A stretch of DNA of 64,000 nucleotides. Source: Trypanosoma brucei. Lineage: Eukaryota. Below are positions 63,532 through 64,000 of the stretch, in pieces (positions within the stretch are counted from its first letter, which is position 1; every line of letters starts with the position of its first letter). The DNA lies in NCBI GenBank assembly GCA_000002445.1, contig CM000208.1, positions 96,001 through 160,000 on the forward strand, in the 5' to 3' direction. The position numbers and the translations under genes are program-made. The notes below the pieces were generated by a model. That model did not search any database, had not been told where the DNA came from, and saw only the letters and a list, made by a program, of their open reading frames with translations.

Positions 63532-64000
63532 ATGGTAGTGAATACACGCGTGTCTCCAAATGCGCGCGCGCGTCCGCCCCCACGTCGCCCGGTTAACCAA
63601 CATCACTTGCCGCCACTACAACCCACCACTTCCCTCCAGCCGCTGCATTCTCCACACGTTAGAAAAACGTCGGAGCCGGCGTATCGCCGCGGTTCTACGC
63701 GTAATTGCTGTAGTGTAAGCGCCACGCCGGTAGGTGCTGACGTAGTTCATTACCGCGCAGGTAATGTTGAGAAGGATGACCCAGTCTCTTATGCTGCAAA
63801 ACACCAGCTTCCGCTGTTGCTGAACAGCATGATAAGAGATTTACTGCGGGAGCGGCCTGAGGTTGATGTAGATGGCTGGATTATGCGTTGGTTTGAACGT
63901 GAGTATGAAGAGCAGAAGCGGGTAAATAAGCAGCGTTTGGAAGCGTCCACAGTAGTAAATACAGCAGAGCCGACAAAACCGGAACCGCAGCAGGGACATC
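63532..64000 (+). CDS. RIIa (PKA regulatory-subunit dimerisation/docking)-like domain protein; C-terminus runs off the window end
   Basis: The ATG at 63532 directly follows an in-frame TAG at 63526-28. The frame stays open to the window end, so it is absent from the ORF track. The segment LPLLLNSMIRDLLRERPEVDVDGWIMRWFEREYEEQ fits the RIIa pattern (LP.GL..LL.....L...P.D......YF) found in flagellar and radial-spoke proteins. Confidence 0.5.
   Translation, partial: MVVNTRVSPNARARPPPRRPVNQHHLPPLQPTTSLQPLHSPHVRKTSEPAYRRGSTRNCCSVSATPVGADVVHYRAGNVEKDDPVSYAAKHQLPLLLNSMIRDLLRERPEVDVDGWIMRWFEREYEEQKRVNKQRLEASTVVNTAEPTKPEPQQGH

Noticed and set aside
1-64000. Search for a prokaryotic-style defence or novel 'system' (CRISPR, toxin-antitoxin, restriction-modification, operon)
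   Set aside because: The sequence is eukaryotic (kinetoplastid) with unrelated housekeeping and signalling genes in one polycistron. No CRISPR-like spaced repeats, mobile elements or operon-like functional clustering were seen.

Overview
This window reads as a kinetoplastid (Trypanosoma brucei-like) nuclear segment from inside a single directional polycistronic transcription unit. Every credible coding region (26, two truncated by the window edges) is on the + strand and none shows an intron. The genes are separated by T-rich, low-complexity intergenic regions carrying (TA)n, (TG)n and (TTTA)n microsatellites and homopolymer tracts, typical of trypanosomatid UTRs and spliced-leader/polyadenylation regions. 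Genes recognisable from the sequence are a DYRK-family kinase (N-terminus runs off the window), calcineurin B, a PPR-like protein, a prenylatable ubiquitin-fold MUB/UBL3 protein, an F-box-like multi-pass membrane protein, a WD40 protein, a heme-peroxidase-like protein with a degenerate distal site, IFT54 (MIP-T3/TRAF3IP1) with an expanded Lys/Glu-rich decapeptide repeat, a NEK kinase, a GMC oxidoreductase, a choline-transporter-like (CTL/SLC44) protein, the DEAD-box helicase Sub2/UAP56, ribosomal protein S11, a 1685-aa CATCHR/Sec8-like tethering-complex protein, a double HMG-box-like protein, a partial RIIa-domain protein, and several hypothetical proteins. No tRNA, rRNA, transposable element or CRISPR array could be supported, and no prokaryotic-type defence system is present. 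The most unusual non-coding features are a perfect ~45-bp inverted repeat (hairpin) next to a C16 tract upstream of SUB2, and a ~4.5-kb gene-free, extremely T-rich low-complexity region between 30.8 and 35.3 kb. Several ORF-track starts are non-ATG (TTG/GTG) N-terminal extensions, so start coordinates below use the first plausible ATG. All protein assignments come from reading the translations and recognising motifs, not from database searches.
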